Source of the DNA: an uncultured Solirubrobacterales bacterium
GTDB taxonomy: Bacteria > Actinomycetota > Thermoleophilia > Solirubrobacterales > Solirubrobacteraceae
Direction: 5' to 3'
DNA length: 64,000 nucleotides
NCBI GenBank assembly: GCA_963810015.1
Contig: CAWEMC010000019.1
Span: 3,530 to 67,529 of the forward strand
Below the pieces are notes generated by a model, which worked only from the letters and a program-made list of their open reading frames with translations, was not told the origin of the DNA and ran no database searches. A program made the translations under genes and the position numbers. Position 1 is the stretch's first letter; each line of letters opens with the position of its first letter. Below are positions 47,024 to 57,109 of the stretch, one piece after another.

Positions 47024-49708
47024 ATGGGTGATTCCACCCCTTTTCCGAGTCCTGCCGCGATCGCGCGCGCTGAGCTGTTCACGCGTGAGCGCTTCGTCTA
47101 TGACGGCGAGACGCTGGAGGACGCACTTGCACCCGGCTCCGCGAGGCGCCGGGCGCTTGACGCTGCTCTGGTCGAGGTAGATGCCGGCGGCAAGCAGCCG
47201 TCGATCGCGTGGCGTCGGAAGTTCTCATTGCTGCTCGGGCTCGAGCGGCTGCTCTCCGAGGACGAACCCCATCTAGTCGACGGGACCGTGCTCTCCGCCC
47301 ACCAGGTCGATGCCCTGTCCGGGACGCTGACGGCGCTGCTGGCCGAGGCCCAGCGCAACGGCAACGGGAACGGCAACGGGAGCGTGTCGCTGGAGCCGAC
47401 GCAGCTCGCGTCCGCGGCGATCCCCGGGGAAGAGGACTCCGAGCTCGAGCTCGAGGACGAGAACGGGGACGAAGACGAGGAGCCCCAGGACTGGCACGAC
47501 GACGACAGCCTCGACGACGACCTCCAACTGCCGGAGCAGCCCGAGGACCCGAACGCCGCCCGCCGCTTCTGGTTCGAGCACGCGACCGGAGCCGGCAAGA
47601 CCGTGGCCGCCCTCGGCTTCGTCGAGGCGTCTCGGACAGGCGGCATCCTGATCCTCACCCATCGCCGGAATCTCGTCGATCAGTTCAACGGCGAGCTCCG
47701 CGATCGCGGTTACCGCGACCGGATCTCGGCGCCGCTGCTCGGCAGCCACGACGCCGCCAACGGTCCCGTCACGGTCGAGACCTACCAGTGGTTCGTGCGC
47801 AACGCAGGGAAGGTCTCCGACGCCTACACGATCGTCATCTGCGACGAGGCCCATACCGCGCTCGGGGAGAAGACGTCGGCAGCGATCCGCAGCTGGTCCG
47901 GGCCCGTGTTCATCGGCATGACGGCCACCGGGGCGCTGATCGCTCGCCACGTCACCGACCTGTTCCCGACTCAGACTTCGCGCTTCGACCTGGCGCAGGC
48001 CGCGCGCCGCGGTGTCATCTCCCCGTTGCGCTGCATTCGCATCCCGCCCGGCCCGGGGGTGCGCACGATCGCCAAGGTGCCGCTCCGCCGCGGCGAGGTC
48101 GATACCGAGTTCGACCAGGAGATGCTGGCCGAACTGCTGGACCAGACGCCGTTCAACCTCGCGATCGCCGACCTCTACAAGACGCGCTTCAACGGGGTGC
48201 CCGGAATCGTCTATTCCGCCGGCGTCCGTCACGCCTACAACGTCGCACAGTCCTTCCGCGACCTCGGCATGAAGGCCCAGGCCGTCTCCGGCGAGACACC
48301 GAAGCGCCAGCTCGCGAAGATCCTCGCCGACTACGAGGCCGGCAAGATCGACGTGCTCGTAAACGCCCAGCTGCTCGCCGAGGGCTGGAACAGCGCGCGG
48401 GCGACGATCTGCATGCACCTCGCGCCGACGGCCTCCAAGCGCATCTACCAGCAGCGCGTCGGGCGCGTCACCCGCCGCAATCAGGGCAAGGAGGCGGGGA
48501 TCGTCGTCGACTTCGTCCACCCCGCGACCAAGCACGACGATCCGGTTGTCACGCTCCACTCGCTGCTCGACCGCGACGTCTACCGCGGCGGCGCGATCGT
48601 CGTCGGCCCGGTCCGCCGAGGCCGGGGACGGCGGGTGCGCGTGGAGCGCAGGGTGCTGCCGGTCACGCCCGATCCCGAGCGGCGCGCCGAGGTGTTCGAG
48701 CGCGAGCTCTGGCGGATCGCCGTCGAGCACCTCGATTACGGCGAGCAGCACGTTTGGGCCGCGCTCGCCGGAGCCCGGGTCGCTCCGAACGGCTGGCGCC
48801 GGGCGAAGGCGATGCTCCACTTCGATCGCGGCGGCGAGCTCAAGCGACGCTTCCTGCTCAACGCCGTCCAGCGCAACCGCAACGCCCAGCTTCGCCTGCG
48901 GGCCCTCCAGGAGATCGCCGCCAGTCGCGACGCCGAGGCGTTCGACACCGCGATCGACATGATGGCCGGCTGGCCGCGCGATGAGCGGCGCGAGGGCGTC
49001 AAGATCATGCTCCAGGCGCTAGCCGAGCGCCGCATCGGTCGCCGCGACCAGGCCAACGCCTGGATCTGGCGGATGGCCGAGTACACCCGCGAGGTACACG
49101 AGGAGTACGCGGTCCAGCGCTGGCCCGAGACCAAGCGGCTGCTCGGGCTGCTCGTGAACTCCAGTGGCGCCGCCCACGCCCGGAATGCTCGCCGGCTCGT
49201 CCATGCCGCCCGCAAGGAAGATCGTCGACTGTCGGCGGCGCTGCTCGCGGCGGCGCTGGCGCACACGCCCGAGGCCGAGGAGGCGCTCCGCGGCGCCCGC
49301 ACCCGGATGGCCCGAAAGCCGGCGGCGCTGGCGCGCGAGCTGCTGCGCAACTTCCCCAAGGGGCGGCGCGGCAAGGGCCGCCGGCGGCGGAAGTCCAGCG
49401 GCGAGGCTCAGGTGGCCCCGGACAAGGCCGCCGTGGTCGCGACGGCTGTCGAGACCGACGAGGAACAAGCCGACACCGAAGGGCCGAGGATTGACGCGAC
49501 GGATGACGTCGATGAGCTCGACCGCGACGACGAGGACGGCGCCGACCTCGACGACGACGACGATGACGACGACTCGGACGACTCGGACGACTCGGACGAT
49601 TCGGACGATTCGGACGATTCGGACGACGACGAGGACGATGACTCGGACGAGGAGGATCGGTCCGAGGCCGGGCACGCCGGGGCGCACAGTACCGAAGAGG
49701 CGGCGTAG
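47024..49708 (+). CDS. Superfamily 2 DEAH-box helicase (ResIII/helicase_C) with helical C-domain and acidic tail
   Basis: ATGAGKT, DEAH, MTAT, LAEGWN, QRVGRVTR motifs. Confidence 0.9.
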   Translation: MGDSTPFPSPAAIARAELFTRERFVYDGETLEDALAPGSARRRALDAALVEVDAGGKQPSIAWRRKFSLLLGLERLLSEDEPHLVDGTVLSAHQVDALSGTLTALLAEAQRNGNGNGNGSVSLEPTQLASAAIPGEEDSELELEDENGDEDEEPQDWHDDDSLDDDLQLPEQPEDPNAARRFWFEHATGAGKTVAALGFVEASRTGGILILTHRRNLVDQFNGELRDRGYRDRISAPLLGSHDAANGPVTVETYQWFVRNAGKVSDAYTIVICDEAHTALGEKTSAAIRSWSGPVFIGMTATGALIARHVTDLFPTQTSRFDLAQAARRGVISPLRCIRIPPGPGVRTIAKVPLRRGEVDTEFDQEMLAELLDQTPFNLAIADLYKTRFNGVPGIVYSAGVRHAYNVAQSFRDLGMKAQAVSGETPKRQLAKILADYEAGKIDVLVNAQLLAEGWNSARATICMHLAPTASKRIYQQRVGRVTRRNQGKEAGIVVDFVHPATKHDDPVVTLHSLLDRDVYRGGAIVVGPVRRGRGRRVRVERRVLPVTPDPERRAEVFERELWRIAVEHLDYGEQHVWAALAGARVAPNGWRRAKAMLHFDRGGELKRRFLLNAVQRNRNAQLRLRALQEIAASRDAEAFDTAIDMMAGWPRDERREGVKIMLQALAERRIGRRDQANAWIWRMAEYTREVHEEYAVQRWPETKRLLGLLVNSSGAAHARNARRLVHAARKEDRRLSAALLAAALAHTPEAEEALRGARTRMARKPAALARELLRNFPKGRRGKGRRRRKSSGEAQVAPDKAAVVATAVETDEEQADTEGPRIDATDDVDELDRDDEDGADLDDDDDDDDSDDSDDSDDSDDSDDSDDDEDDDSDEEDRSEAGHAGAHSTEEAA
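49571..49624 (+). repeat. In-frame 9-bp tandem repeat (6 units) in the helicase tail
   Basis: (gactcggac)x3 then (gattcggac)x3, encoding DSD repeats. Confidence 0.95.
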
Positions 49709-49761
49709 CACCGGGCGCTGGCGGGCCGCGAGGCGACGGCCGCCACGCCTGCTCCGCCACG

Positions 49762-50442
49762 CTAGCCCGCGAGATGGACCTCGCCGGCCTCGAGCGTGAC
49801 GCGTCCCTCGCCCGTCTCGACGATCAGCCGCCCGTCCGAATCGACGCCAGCGGCCTGACCCTGCCCGCCACCCCACCGCACGGACAACCCGAGCAGGGCA
49901 TCGCGCGCCCGCACGCCGTCGAGGATGTCGCCGGGACTCGCATCGATCCAGCGCCCCAGCGCATCCAGCAGCCGCTCGAGCGTCGGCTCGATCGCGTCCG
50001 GCTCGAGCCCCATGCCCCCGGCGCTCTCACGGAGCTCTGCCGGGAAGTCCTCCGCGCGAACCGCCACGTTCAGTCCGACGCCGAGCACCGCCCACCGCTC
50101 CTGTGGACGGCCCTCGACGAGGATCCCCGCCACCTTGCGCCCGCCGAGCAGGACGTCGTTGGGCCACTTCAGCCGAGCGTCGGGACCGACTACCTCGGCC
50201 GTCGCCACCCCCGCCGCCAGCGGCAGCAGCCGCGGGGGATCGCGGATCACGACAGACAGCAGCAGCGCTCGGCCCGCCGGCGCGACCCAGGTCCTGCCCT
50301 GGCGACCGCGCCCGGCGGACTGTTCCCGCGCCGTCACAATCGTCCCATGTGGCGCGCCGCGGGCCGCCAGCTCGCGGGCGCGGGCGTTGGTCGAGTCGAT
50401 GAGGCGGAAGTGGAGCCGCGGCCAGCCGATCGGTGGGCTCAC
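49762..50442 (-). CDS. birA: Biotin--protein ligase without HTH (group I)
   Basis: IDSTN, QSAGRGRQGRTW, LKWPNDV, KVAGILVE, GVGLNV. Confidence 0.95.
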   Translation of the reverse strand: MSPPIGWPRLHFRLIDSTNARARELAARGAPHGTIVTAREQSAGRGRQGRTWVAPAGRALLLSVVIRDPPRLLPLAAGVATAEVVGPDARLKWPNDVLLGGRKVAGILVEGRPQERWAVLGVGLNVAVRAEDFPAELRESAGGMGLEPDAIEPTLERLLDALGRWIDASPGDILDGVRARDALLGLSVRWGGGQGQAAGVDSDGRLIVETGEGRVTLEAGEVHLAG

Positions 50443-51251
50443 TTGGGCGTGATCCGGACCTCGTCGTCGACCACGACCCCCAGGCGCGCGGCGGCGTCTC
50501 CGTGGCTGACGGCCAGGGCCAGCCGCCGATAGGCGTCCTCGTAGATGAGCAGCTCCCCGGGACCGACGTCCGCGAACGTCCGAGCGAACTGTGCTTCTTC
50601 GAGCCCGCCCGACGGGACCGTCAGCTCGACGCGATGCCCGAGCTTGACGCCCGAGTCGGCGAGATCGTCGTGCTCGACGTCGAGCTGCACGTTGCCGAAG
50701 CGGTCCACGTAGAGCGCGTGCGACACGAGCGTCCCCGCTTCGCGGCGCGGCCTCGGCAGCTCCAAGGCGACGAGACGGGCGGGATCGCAGGGCTGACCGG
50801 CCTCCACGAGCGCGGCGCCAGCGGCGAGCCGCGCCGCCACCGGAGCGAAGATGTCGCGACCGTGGAACGTCGCCGAGACCGGCTCCAGCCGGAATGGCGA
50901 GGTCGCGATCTCCACCGCCTCGACGGCGCCACCTCCCACCTCCGCCGCCGGCGCCAGCAGCCCGTTGTCGGGTCCGACGAGCACGCGCTCATCGGCGAGC
51001 CGCATCGCGACCGCTCGGCGCTCGGCGCCGACGTCGGGATCCACCACGGCGAGGTGGACGCCGACCGGTACGTACGGCAGTGCGCCGGCGAGGATCACCG
51101 CGCCGGCGCGCACATCGTGCCGCCCCACCCCGTGGGTGATGTCGATCACGCGCGCCTCCGGGCAGATCGTCGCGATCACCCCATGACACACGCCGACGAA
51201 ATCGTCCGCGAGACCGTAGTCGGATAGAAACGTGATGACCGGAGCGCTCAC
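50439..51251 (-). CDS. SAM hydroxide adenosyltransferase / chlorinase-fluorinase family (DUF62)
   Basis: FLSDYG..DDFVG, IDITH, VVDPDVG..R, GPDNGL, SATFHGRDIFAP, VDRFGN. Confidence 0.93.
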   Translation of the reverse strand: MSAPVITFLSDYGLADDFVGVCHGVIATICPEARVIDITHGVGRHDVRAGAVILAGALPYVPVGVHLAVVDPDVGAERRAVAMRLADERVLVGPDNGLLAPAAEVGGGAVEAVEIATSPFRLEPVSATFHGRDIFAPVAARLAAGAALVEAGQPCDPARLVALELPRPRREAGTLVSHALYVDRFGNVQLDVEHDDLADSGVKLGHRVELTVPSGGLEEAQFARTFADVGPGELLIYEDAYRRLALAVSHGDAAARLGVVVDDEVRITPK

Positions 51252-51263
51252 GCGCTCCCGAGG

Positions 51264-52376
51264 CTACCGCCCGCTCTTGGCGAACGCAGCGGCCTCCGCC
51301 TTCACGATCGCGATCAGGTTGCCGAGGGCGACGTTCGCGTCGAGCAGGTGGAGGCCCCACTCGGGCGTGGGGCTCGGCTTGGCCGTCTGAGCTCCGTTCT
51401 GCGACGTGATCTGCAGCACGTTGGCGCCACCGGCCGACGAGCACGCCGCCCGGTAGGAGCCGGGTTCCGCGGACCACACCGTGTTCGGCGTCGGCTGTGT
51501 GAGACCGAGCAGCTTGATGCCCACGGCGAGGGTGCTCTGCGGATCAAACGGAGCGCTCGGGGAGATCGGGTCGACGAGCGCGCTGCCGCCGGCGAGCGCC
51601 GCCGGATTCGTGCACAGGACCGAATCGCCCGGCACCGTGGTGCGGCCGAACAGACTGTCCGACGGGACCGTCTGATCGAACGTCGAGAACGCGATCACGC
51701 AGCCGAGTTGACTCTTCGAGCGACACGCGGAGATGTGCTTGAAGGATCCACCGACGCCCGTGCCGGTCTTCACGAGCACGTTGCCGCCCATCAGGATCGC
51801 CGACAGCAGCCGCCGGCGCACGGCCGGTTTCGGATCGACCGCCTTCGCGATCAGCGACTCGAGCACGAACGAGCCCTGCGAGTGCCCGAGCAGCACGAAC
51901 CCGCGGCCGTGGTTGTACCTCGTCAGATAAGTGTGGAATGCCGACTCGACGTCGTCCAGCGCGAGCGCCGGGTTCGGCTTGGTCGTCGGGGTGCCCAGGC
52001 CGATGCCGTCAAGCGTCACCTGCCGGTACATCGGGGCGAACACGCGGCAGTACTGCGAGTATCGCGCCGCCTGGTAGAGCGCAATCGACTTCTCTTCGGG
52101 GTCGATGTTCAGGTTCGCGTTGCCGGTCTTCTGGTCGCTGACCGTGGGGTAGACGTAGAAGCAATCGATCTTTGGCTTCTTTACCGCCTTCGGATGCTCG
52201 ACCCGTACCTTCGTCAGAGTCGGGGAGTAGACCGTCGTCGAGAGACCGGGCGTGCAGGGGTCGGGCTTCTTGCCCGGGAAGCACAGCCACACCGTCCGGG
52301 CCCCAGCCGGGGCCGCGATGGCGCACGCCGCGAACGCGGCGACGATCAGGACTGCGAACAACACTCGAATTCTCAT
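51264..52376 (-). CDS. Secreted DUF3089 alpha/beta hydrolase
   Basis: Signal peptide; DCFYVYPTVS, VFAPMYRQ, LLGHSQG, LCTNP, GLHLLD. Confidence 0.88.
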   Translation of the reverse strand: MRIRVLFAVLIVAAFAACAIAAPAGARTVWLCFPGKKPDPCTPGLSTTVYSPTLTKVRVEHPKAVKKPKIDCFYVYPTVSDQKTGNANLNIDPEEKSIALYQAARYSQYCRVFAPMYRQVTLDGIGLGTPTTKPNPALALDDVESAFHTYLTRYNHGRGFVLLGHSQGSFVLESLIAKAVDPKPAVRRRLLSAILMGGNVLVKTGTGVGGSFKHISACRSKSQLGCVIAFSTFDQTVPSDSLFGRTTVPGDSVLCTNPAALAGGSALVDPISPSAPFDPQSTLAVGIKLLGLTQPTPNTVWSAEPGSYRAACSSAGGANVLQITSQNGAQTAKPSPTPEWGLHLLDANVALGNLIAIVKAEAAAFAKSGR

Positions 52377-52429
52377 GACTCCGATCCTAAGGTTGGCCGG
52401 CGCCGCACGAGCCAGTCGCCGGCGCCGAT

Positions 52430-52484
52430 GAATGAAGAGAAGCCCCGGGGGACCGGCGCCGTCGCCGGCCCGGTCCCCTAGGGC
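52430..52484 (-). terminator. Intrinsic terminator after the 52495-53055 gene
   Basis: GC hairpin ggggaccgg...ccggtcccc (within 52442-52484) followed on the minus strand by ttctcttcatt. Confidence 0.6.
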
Positions 52485-52494
52485 GCAGGGAGTT

Positions 52495-53055
52495 CTAAGC
52501 GACTTTCACCGAGCTGGTCAGCGCGCCGAGCTCCGTGCCGGCGCTGACGATGTGCTTACCGAGCCGCCTGTTGATCTTGTGGGCGGCGGCGGCCGACAGC
52601 GTCAGCTCGCCGGTGAGCGTCCCCGACCTACCGGAGACGGTGTGCGAGGCGTTGATCAGGCGTGCGATCGTGATGCGCCTTCCACCGACCCGAGCCAGCA
52701 GACGGCCATTCGTCTTGTGGGCAATTAGCACGAAGTGAGTGACCGCAAGCGACCGCGACCCGAGGGTGAACTTCAGACCGCCGGTGTGGCGCAGGATGCC
52801 GTTGTTTGTGGACTTCGACACCCTCCCGCCGGCGATCGGCAGAATCACCGCGCCGTTCGAGACCGTGGCCGGCCCGATCGCGCTGACCGTGACATGATGG
52901 GAGGCGAGGAAGCCCGCCACCTGCGACGTCGGCGTGATCGTCGTGCTGGTGCCCGTGACGTGGAAGGGCTTCGCCGCCGCCGAGGCCGACGTCACGGCCA
53001 TCAGGCTTACCGTGGCGGCCAGCACCGACAGGGTGGTGCGAGAAACTCGTGACAT
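52495..53055 (-). CDS. Secreted beta-rich hypothetical protein
   Basis: AAGGAG RBS before ATG 53055; signal peptide ending ASAAA; LPIAGG...GILRHTGGLKF. Confidence 0.8.
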   Translation of the reverse strand: MSRVSRTTLSVLAATVSLMAVTSASAAAKPFHVTGTSTTITPTSQVAGFLASHHVTVSAIGPATVSNGAVILPIAGGRVSKSTNNGILRHTGGLKFTLGSRSLAVTHFVLIAHKTNGRLLARVGGRRITIARLINASHTVSGRSGTLTGELTLSAAAAHKINRRLGKHIVSAGTELGALTSSVKVA

Positions 53056-53133
53056 CCGCAACTCCTTCGAAGCTTTTGATCGTGGAACTCGCCCTCGAAG
53101 AACCCGGCGGTGGCGCGAGAGTTGCGCCGGCGG

Positions 53134-53381
53134 CTGTCGACTCTCAACAGCCGCGATTGGTGGGAGGCCCGGTAAACGGCGCTGGGGAAAGGGAGGGAGT
53201 TGGCGCCATCGCACTCGCCAAAACCTGCACAGCACGACAATCCCGGCCGGAATGGCGAGGCCTGTCGAGCTATGCATATGCATGAAGAGCATGCGTAATG
53301 CGACAGGGCTCGGGTCTGGCGCCGGTGTTGACGCGCTATGCAGGTTTCCCGTGACCACTCTCGCCACAAAGTCGCGGGTTT
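53134..53381. repeat. Nested-palindrome element, copy 3 (inverted relative to copy 1; one outer arm)
   Basis: ctgtcgactctc 53134-53145; ggtaaacggcgctgggg; motifs 53226-53239, 53263-53276, 53292-53305, 53329-53342; ends ctctcgccacaaagtcgcgggttt, matching copy 1. Confidence 0.92.
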
Positions 53382-53424
53382 TCAGGGCGCAGGAGCAGGT
53401 CAACGACAGGCTCCTCCCGCCTCT

Positions 53425-54891
53425 CTAGCTCCTGAAGTCCGCCACCAGCGCCGCCACCAACCCATCGATGTCGTGCTGCTCGGCCTCGACGTCGGGTTCG
53501 CGACCGCGCGCACGCAGCGCCGCGCTCGTGACCGGCCCGATGCTCACGAGGCGCGCGTCCTCGCCCAGCCGATCGCCGGCGACGTCGAAGAAGAACGTGA
53601 CCGTCGATGACGAGGTGAACGTCACGTAGTCGACGCGCTCGAGCGCCTCGAGCGCGTCTTCGGCGAGCGGCTCGGCCACGGTCTCGTAGAGCGCGACGAC
53701 ATCGACCTCGGCGCCACGGGCCCGCAGGGCATCGGGCAGCACGTCTCGGGCCTCGGCCGCGCGCGCTACCAGCGCGCGCCGGACGGGCACGTCCGCGAGC
53801 GCCTCCACCAGCCCCTCGGCGACGAAACGCTCGGGCACGACGTCGGCGATCACGCCGTGCTCGCGAAGGGCCGCCGCCGTCCCGGGGCCGATCGCGGCCA
53901 CCCGGGCGCCAGCCAACCCCCGCGCGTCCCGCCCGGCCGCCGCCAGCCGCTCGAACAGGATCCTCACGCCGTTGGGACTGGTCAGACACACGAGGTCGTA
54001 GTCCCGCAGGGCGGGCGCATCGCCGGCGATAGGCACGATCTGGATCGTCGGCGCCTCCACCACCTCGGCGCCGAGCGCCCGCAGGTGCGCGGCCAGGCCG
54101 CTCGCCTGCGCCCGCGCCCGGGTCACGGCCACGCTCACGCCGTGCAGGGTCCGGTGCTCGGCCCATTGCAGCCGCTGGCGCATGGCCGCGACCGGCCCGA
54201 ACACCGCGATCGCCGGCGCCCGCACGTCCGCCTCGGCCACGACCGCGCCTATCGACGCCAGCGTCCCCGTCACGACGCGCTGTCCGGGTAGGGTCCCGCG
54301 TTCGATCACGGCCGCGGGCTCGTTCGCAGAACGACCGCCGGCGATCAGCCGACTCGCGATCGCTTCGAGCTGCCGGACTCCCATGTAGATCACCAGCGTC
54401 CCGGGGAACGCCGCCAGAGCCGCCCAGTCGAGCGTTGACTCGGTCTTCGAGGGATCCTCGTGTCCGGTCACGAACGCGACCGCGCTGGCGAGATCGCGGT
54501 GGGTCACCGGAATCCCGGCGGACGCCGGCGCGGCCACGCCGGCGGTCACTCCGGGCACGACCTCGAACGAGATCCCGGCGGCGACCAGGGCCTCCGCCTC
54601 CTCGCCGCCGCGCCCGAACACGAACGGGTCCCCCCCTTTCAAACGGACGACCGTCCCACCGCCCCTTCCACGCTCCACGAGCATCCGCAAGATCTCCTCC
54701 TGCGACGCCGACGGGCCGCCCCCCTCCTTCCCCGCGTAGATCAGCTCCGCGTCGGTCCTCGCCCCATCGAGCGCAGAACGAGGGATCAAGCGGTCGTAGA
54801 CGATCACATCCGCTTCGGCGATCAGCTGGAGTGCCCTGGCGGTCAGCAGCCCGGGATCGCCCGGCCCGGCACCCACCAGGTAGACGGTCAC
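53425..54891 (-). CDS. cobA: Uroporphyrinogen-III C-methyltransferase / synthase fusion (CobA-HemD)
   Basis: VYLVGAGPGDPGLLT, RLKGGDPFVFGRGGEE; then VAVTRA, LTSPNGV, AIGPGT, FTSSSTV. Confidence 0.96.
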   Translation of the reverse strand: MTVYLVGAGPGDPGLLTARALQLIAEADVIVYDRLIPRSALDGARTDAELIYAGKEGGGPSASQEEILRMLVERGRGGGTVVRLKGGDPFVFGRGGEEAEALVAAGISFEVVPGVTAGVAAPASAGIPVTHRDLASAVAFVTGHEDPSKTESTLDWAALAAFPGTLVIYMGVRQLEAIASRLIAGGRSANEPAAVIERGTLPGQRVVTGTLASIGAVVAEADVRAPAIAVFGPVAAMRQRLQWAEHRTLHGVSVAVTRARAQASGLAAHLRALGAEVVEAPTIQIVPIAGDAPALRDYDLVCLTSPNGVRILFERLAAAGRDARGLAGARVAAIGPGTAAALREHGVIADVVPERFVAEGLVEALADVPVRRALVARAAEARDVLPDALRARGAEVDVVALYETVAEPLAEDALEALERVDYVTFTSSSTVTFFFDVAGDRLGEDARLVSIGPVTSAALRARGREPDVEAEQHDIDGLVAALVADFRS

Positions 54892-55766
54892 GCCAGCTGC
54901 TCCACGAGTCGTGCAGCCCGGCGCAGGAGCTCACCTGCGCCGGCCGCCAGCATCCGCTCCGCGACCTCGGCCCCGACCCTCTCCGGCGGACCATCCAGCC
55001 GGTCCGCGAGCCACGCGGAGCCATCCGGCAGCCCGGCCCACGCGCTCAGCTCCACGATCCCGTCCCCGGACGGGCGAGCGAACGCGCCCACCGGGGTGTT
55101 GCACGAGGCGTCGAGCGCGCGGGTCAGGTCGCGCTCGGCGAACACGCAGGCCATCGCGTCCTCATCACGCAGCCGATCGACCACCGACGGCTCGAGCGCC
55201 CCGGCCCGCGCCTCGATCGCGAGCGCACCCTGGCCCGCGGCCGGGACGAGATCATCGAGCGTCGCTCCGATCTCGGATTCGCGCCCGAGCCGTTCCAGGC
55301 CCGCCAGCGCCAGCACAAGCGCATCGACCTCGCCCGCGGCGAGCTTGCGCAGCCGCGTGTCGACGTTCCCCCGCACTGAAACCACCTCCACGTCGTCGCG
55401 GATCGCCCGGATCTGCGCGTGGCGGCGCAGGCTGCTCGTCCCCACCCGCGCCCCCGGCGGTAACGAAGCCAGCTCCGAAGCGCCGCAGATCGCGTCGCGC
55501 GGGTCCGCACGCGCCGTGATCGCGACGAGCTCGAGCCCATCGGCGAGCTCGGCCGGAACATCCTTGGCGGAGTGGACGGCGAGGTCGATCCGGTCCTCCA
55601 GGAGCGCCCGCTCGAGCTCCGAGACCCACCGCGACTTGTCGCCGCGAGCCCGATCGCGATCCCCCGAGGTGGTGATCGTGACGATCCGGGCCTCACCCTC
55701 GATCCGCGAGGCCACCGACTCAGCCTGCGCGAGCGCCAGCGCGCTCCCGCGCGTGCCGATCCGCAT
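54888..55766 (-). CDS. hemC: Hydroxymethylbilane synthase
   Basis: MRIGTRGSALALAQ, DLAVHSAKD, GTSSLRR, RGNVDTRLRKL, SCNTPVG. Confidence 0.97.
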   Translation of the reverse strand: MRIGTRGSALALAQAESVASRIEGEARIVTITTSGDRDRARGDKSRWVSELERALLEDRIDLAVHSAKDVPAELADGLELVAITARADPRDAICGASELASLPPGARVGTSSLRRHAQIRAIRDDVEVVSVRGNVDTRLRKLAAGEVDALVLALAGLERLGRESEIGATLDDLVPAAGQGALAIEARAGALEPSVVDRLRDEDAMACVFAERDLTRALDASCNTPVGAFARPSGDGIVELSAWAGLPDGSAWLADRLDGPPERVGAEVAERMLAAGAGELLRRAARLVEQLA

Positions 55767-57109
55767 CAACGGCGGCGCCGGTCCGAGATCGCCCGGACCT
55801 CGGCGAGCTGCTCGGACGGCTCCTGCTCGGCGAGCGCGCGCTCCTCGTTCGCAAGCCCGAACAGGTCGCGGACAAGCGCCGTGCGCGCGTGGACGCGATC
55901 GTCGCGCAGCTCCTTGAGCCGCGCGGTCGGCTCGTGCAGTAGCCGGTTGACGATCGCGCGCGCCAGGGCATCGACGCGCTCGAGATCGCGCGGCGAAGCC
56001 GTTTCCCACTTTCCGTCGTTCTCGTGGACTACCTGCTCGGCGATCTCGGCCGCGTGCGCTCGGAGCGCGGCCAGCGTCGGGGTCACCTCGAGCGAACCGA
56101 GCCAGGACGCGAAGTGCTGGATCTCCTCCTCGATGATTCCCTCCGCCTTGCGCGCCTCCGCCTGGCGGACCTTGCGGTTGCGGTCGATCACCGCCTGGAG
56201 ATCATCGATGTCGTACAGCGAGATACCCTCGAGCTCCCCGCACGCGGCGTCGATGTCGCGCGGGACCGCGAGATCGATCAACAGCATCGGCCGCCGGTCC
56301 CGAGTGTCCATCACCTCCGCCAGCTCGCGGGCCTCGAGCAGCAGGTGCGGCGATGCCGTCGCGGCGACGACGATGTCGGCGCGACTCAGCGCCTCGGGGA
56401 GCTCGTCGAAGGTGACGCTCGTGCCGCCGTAGCGGCGGGCGAGCCCGATCGCCCGGTCGCGCCGGCGGTTTGCGACGAACACGGTGTGTCCGCCGCTGTC
56501 GGCGAGCGCGCGTGCCGCCAGCTCGCTCGTCTCCCCAGTCCCGATGATCACGACCTCGTGGCCATCGAGCGCTCCGAGCAGCTCCCGCGCCAGCGCGACC
56601 GCCACCGCCGGCAGGCTGAGCTGCCCCTCGCCGATCGCCGTCTCGCTGCGCACGCGCTTGCCCGCGGCGAGCGCCGCCTTGAACAGGTGGTTCGTGAGCG
56701 GACCGACCGTCTCCTTGGCGAGCGCGCCGTCGTAGGCGCGCTTGACCTGACCCTGGATCTCGGCCTCGCCGACGACCATCGACTCGAGCCCGGCCGTCAC
56801 CCGGTAGAGGTGGCGCGCGGCGTCACAGTTGCGGTGCGAGTAGATCGCCGAGGCGAGCGTCGTGGGCCGGATCCCGGCCTGCGTCGCGAGCATCGTCAGG
56901 ACCCTGCTCTCGGCCTCGACGGGATCACCGACAACCAGGTAGAGCTCGGTCCGGTTGCACGTCGAGACGGCGACCGCCTCGTGGATGTCGGCGGCCCCCC
57001 GCAGGTCGCGCAGGAAGTCGCCGGCGCGTGCGTCGGGCAGCGCCAGCCGCTCGCGGACTTCGACCGGAGCGGTCTTGTGGGAGATCCCGATCGCGAGCAG
57101 CTCGCTCAC
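55766..57109 (-). CDS. hemA: Glutamyl-tRNA reductase
   Basis: HKTAPVEVRE, STCNRTE, GLESMVVGEAEIQGQVK, IDLAVPRDID. Confidence 0.97.
   Translation of the reverse strand: MSELLAIGISHKTAPVEVRERLALPDARAGDFLRDLRGAADIHEAVAVSTCNRTELYLVVGDPVEAESRVLTMLATQAGIRPTTLASAIYSHRNCDAARHLYRVTAGLESMVVGEAEIQGQVKRAYDGALAKETVGPLTNHLFKAALAAGKRVRSETAIGEGQLSLPAVAVALARELLGALDGHEVVIIGTGETSELAARALADSGGHTVFVANRRRDRAIGLARRYGGTSVTFDELPEALSRADIVVAATASPHLLLEARELAEVMDTRDRRPMLLIDLAVPRDIDAACGELEGISLYDIDDLQAVIDRNRKVRQAEARKAEGIIEEEIQHFASWLGSLEVTPTLAALRAHAAEIAEQVVHENDGKWETASPRDLERVDALARAIVNRLLHEPTARLKELRDDRVHARTALVRDLFGLANEERALAEQEPSEQLAEVRAISDRRRR

Noticed and set aside
47024-49708. Type I/III restriction or anti-phage helicase
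   Set aside because: No adjacent DNA methyltransferase, specificity subunit or recognisable nuclease motif; the neighbours are housekeeping genes.
50439-51251. Halogenase (fluorinase/chlorinase) natural-product pathway
   Set aside because: The TFHGRD motif and housekeeping context next to birA fit the widespread DUF62 SAM hydrolase; no biosynthetic cluster is nearby.
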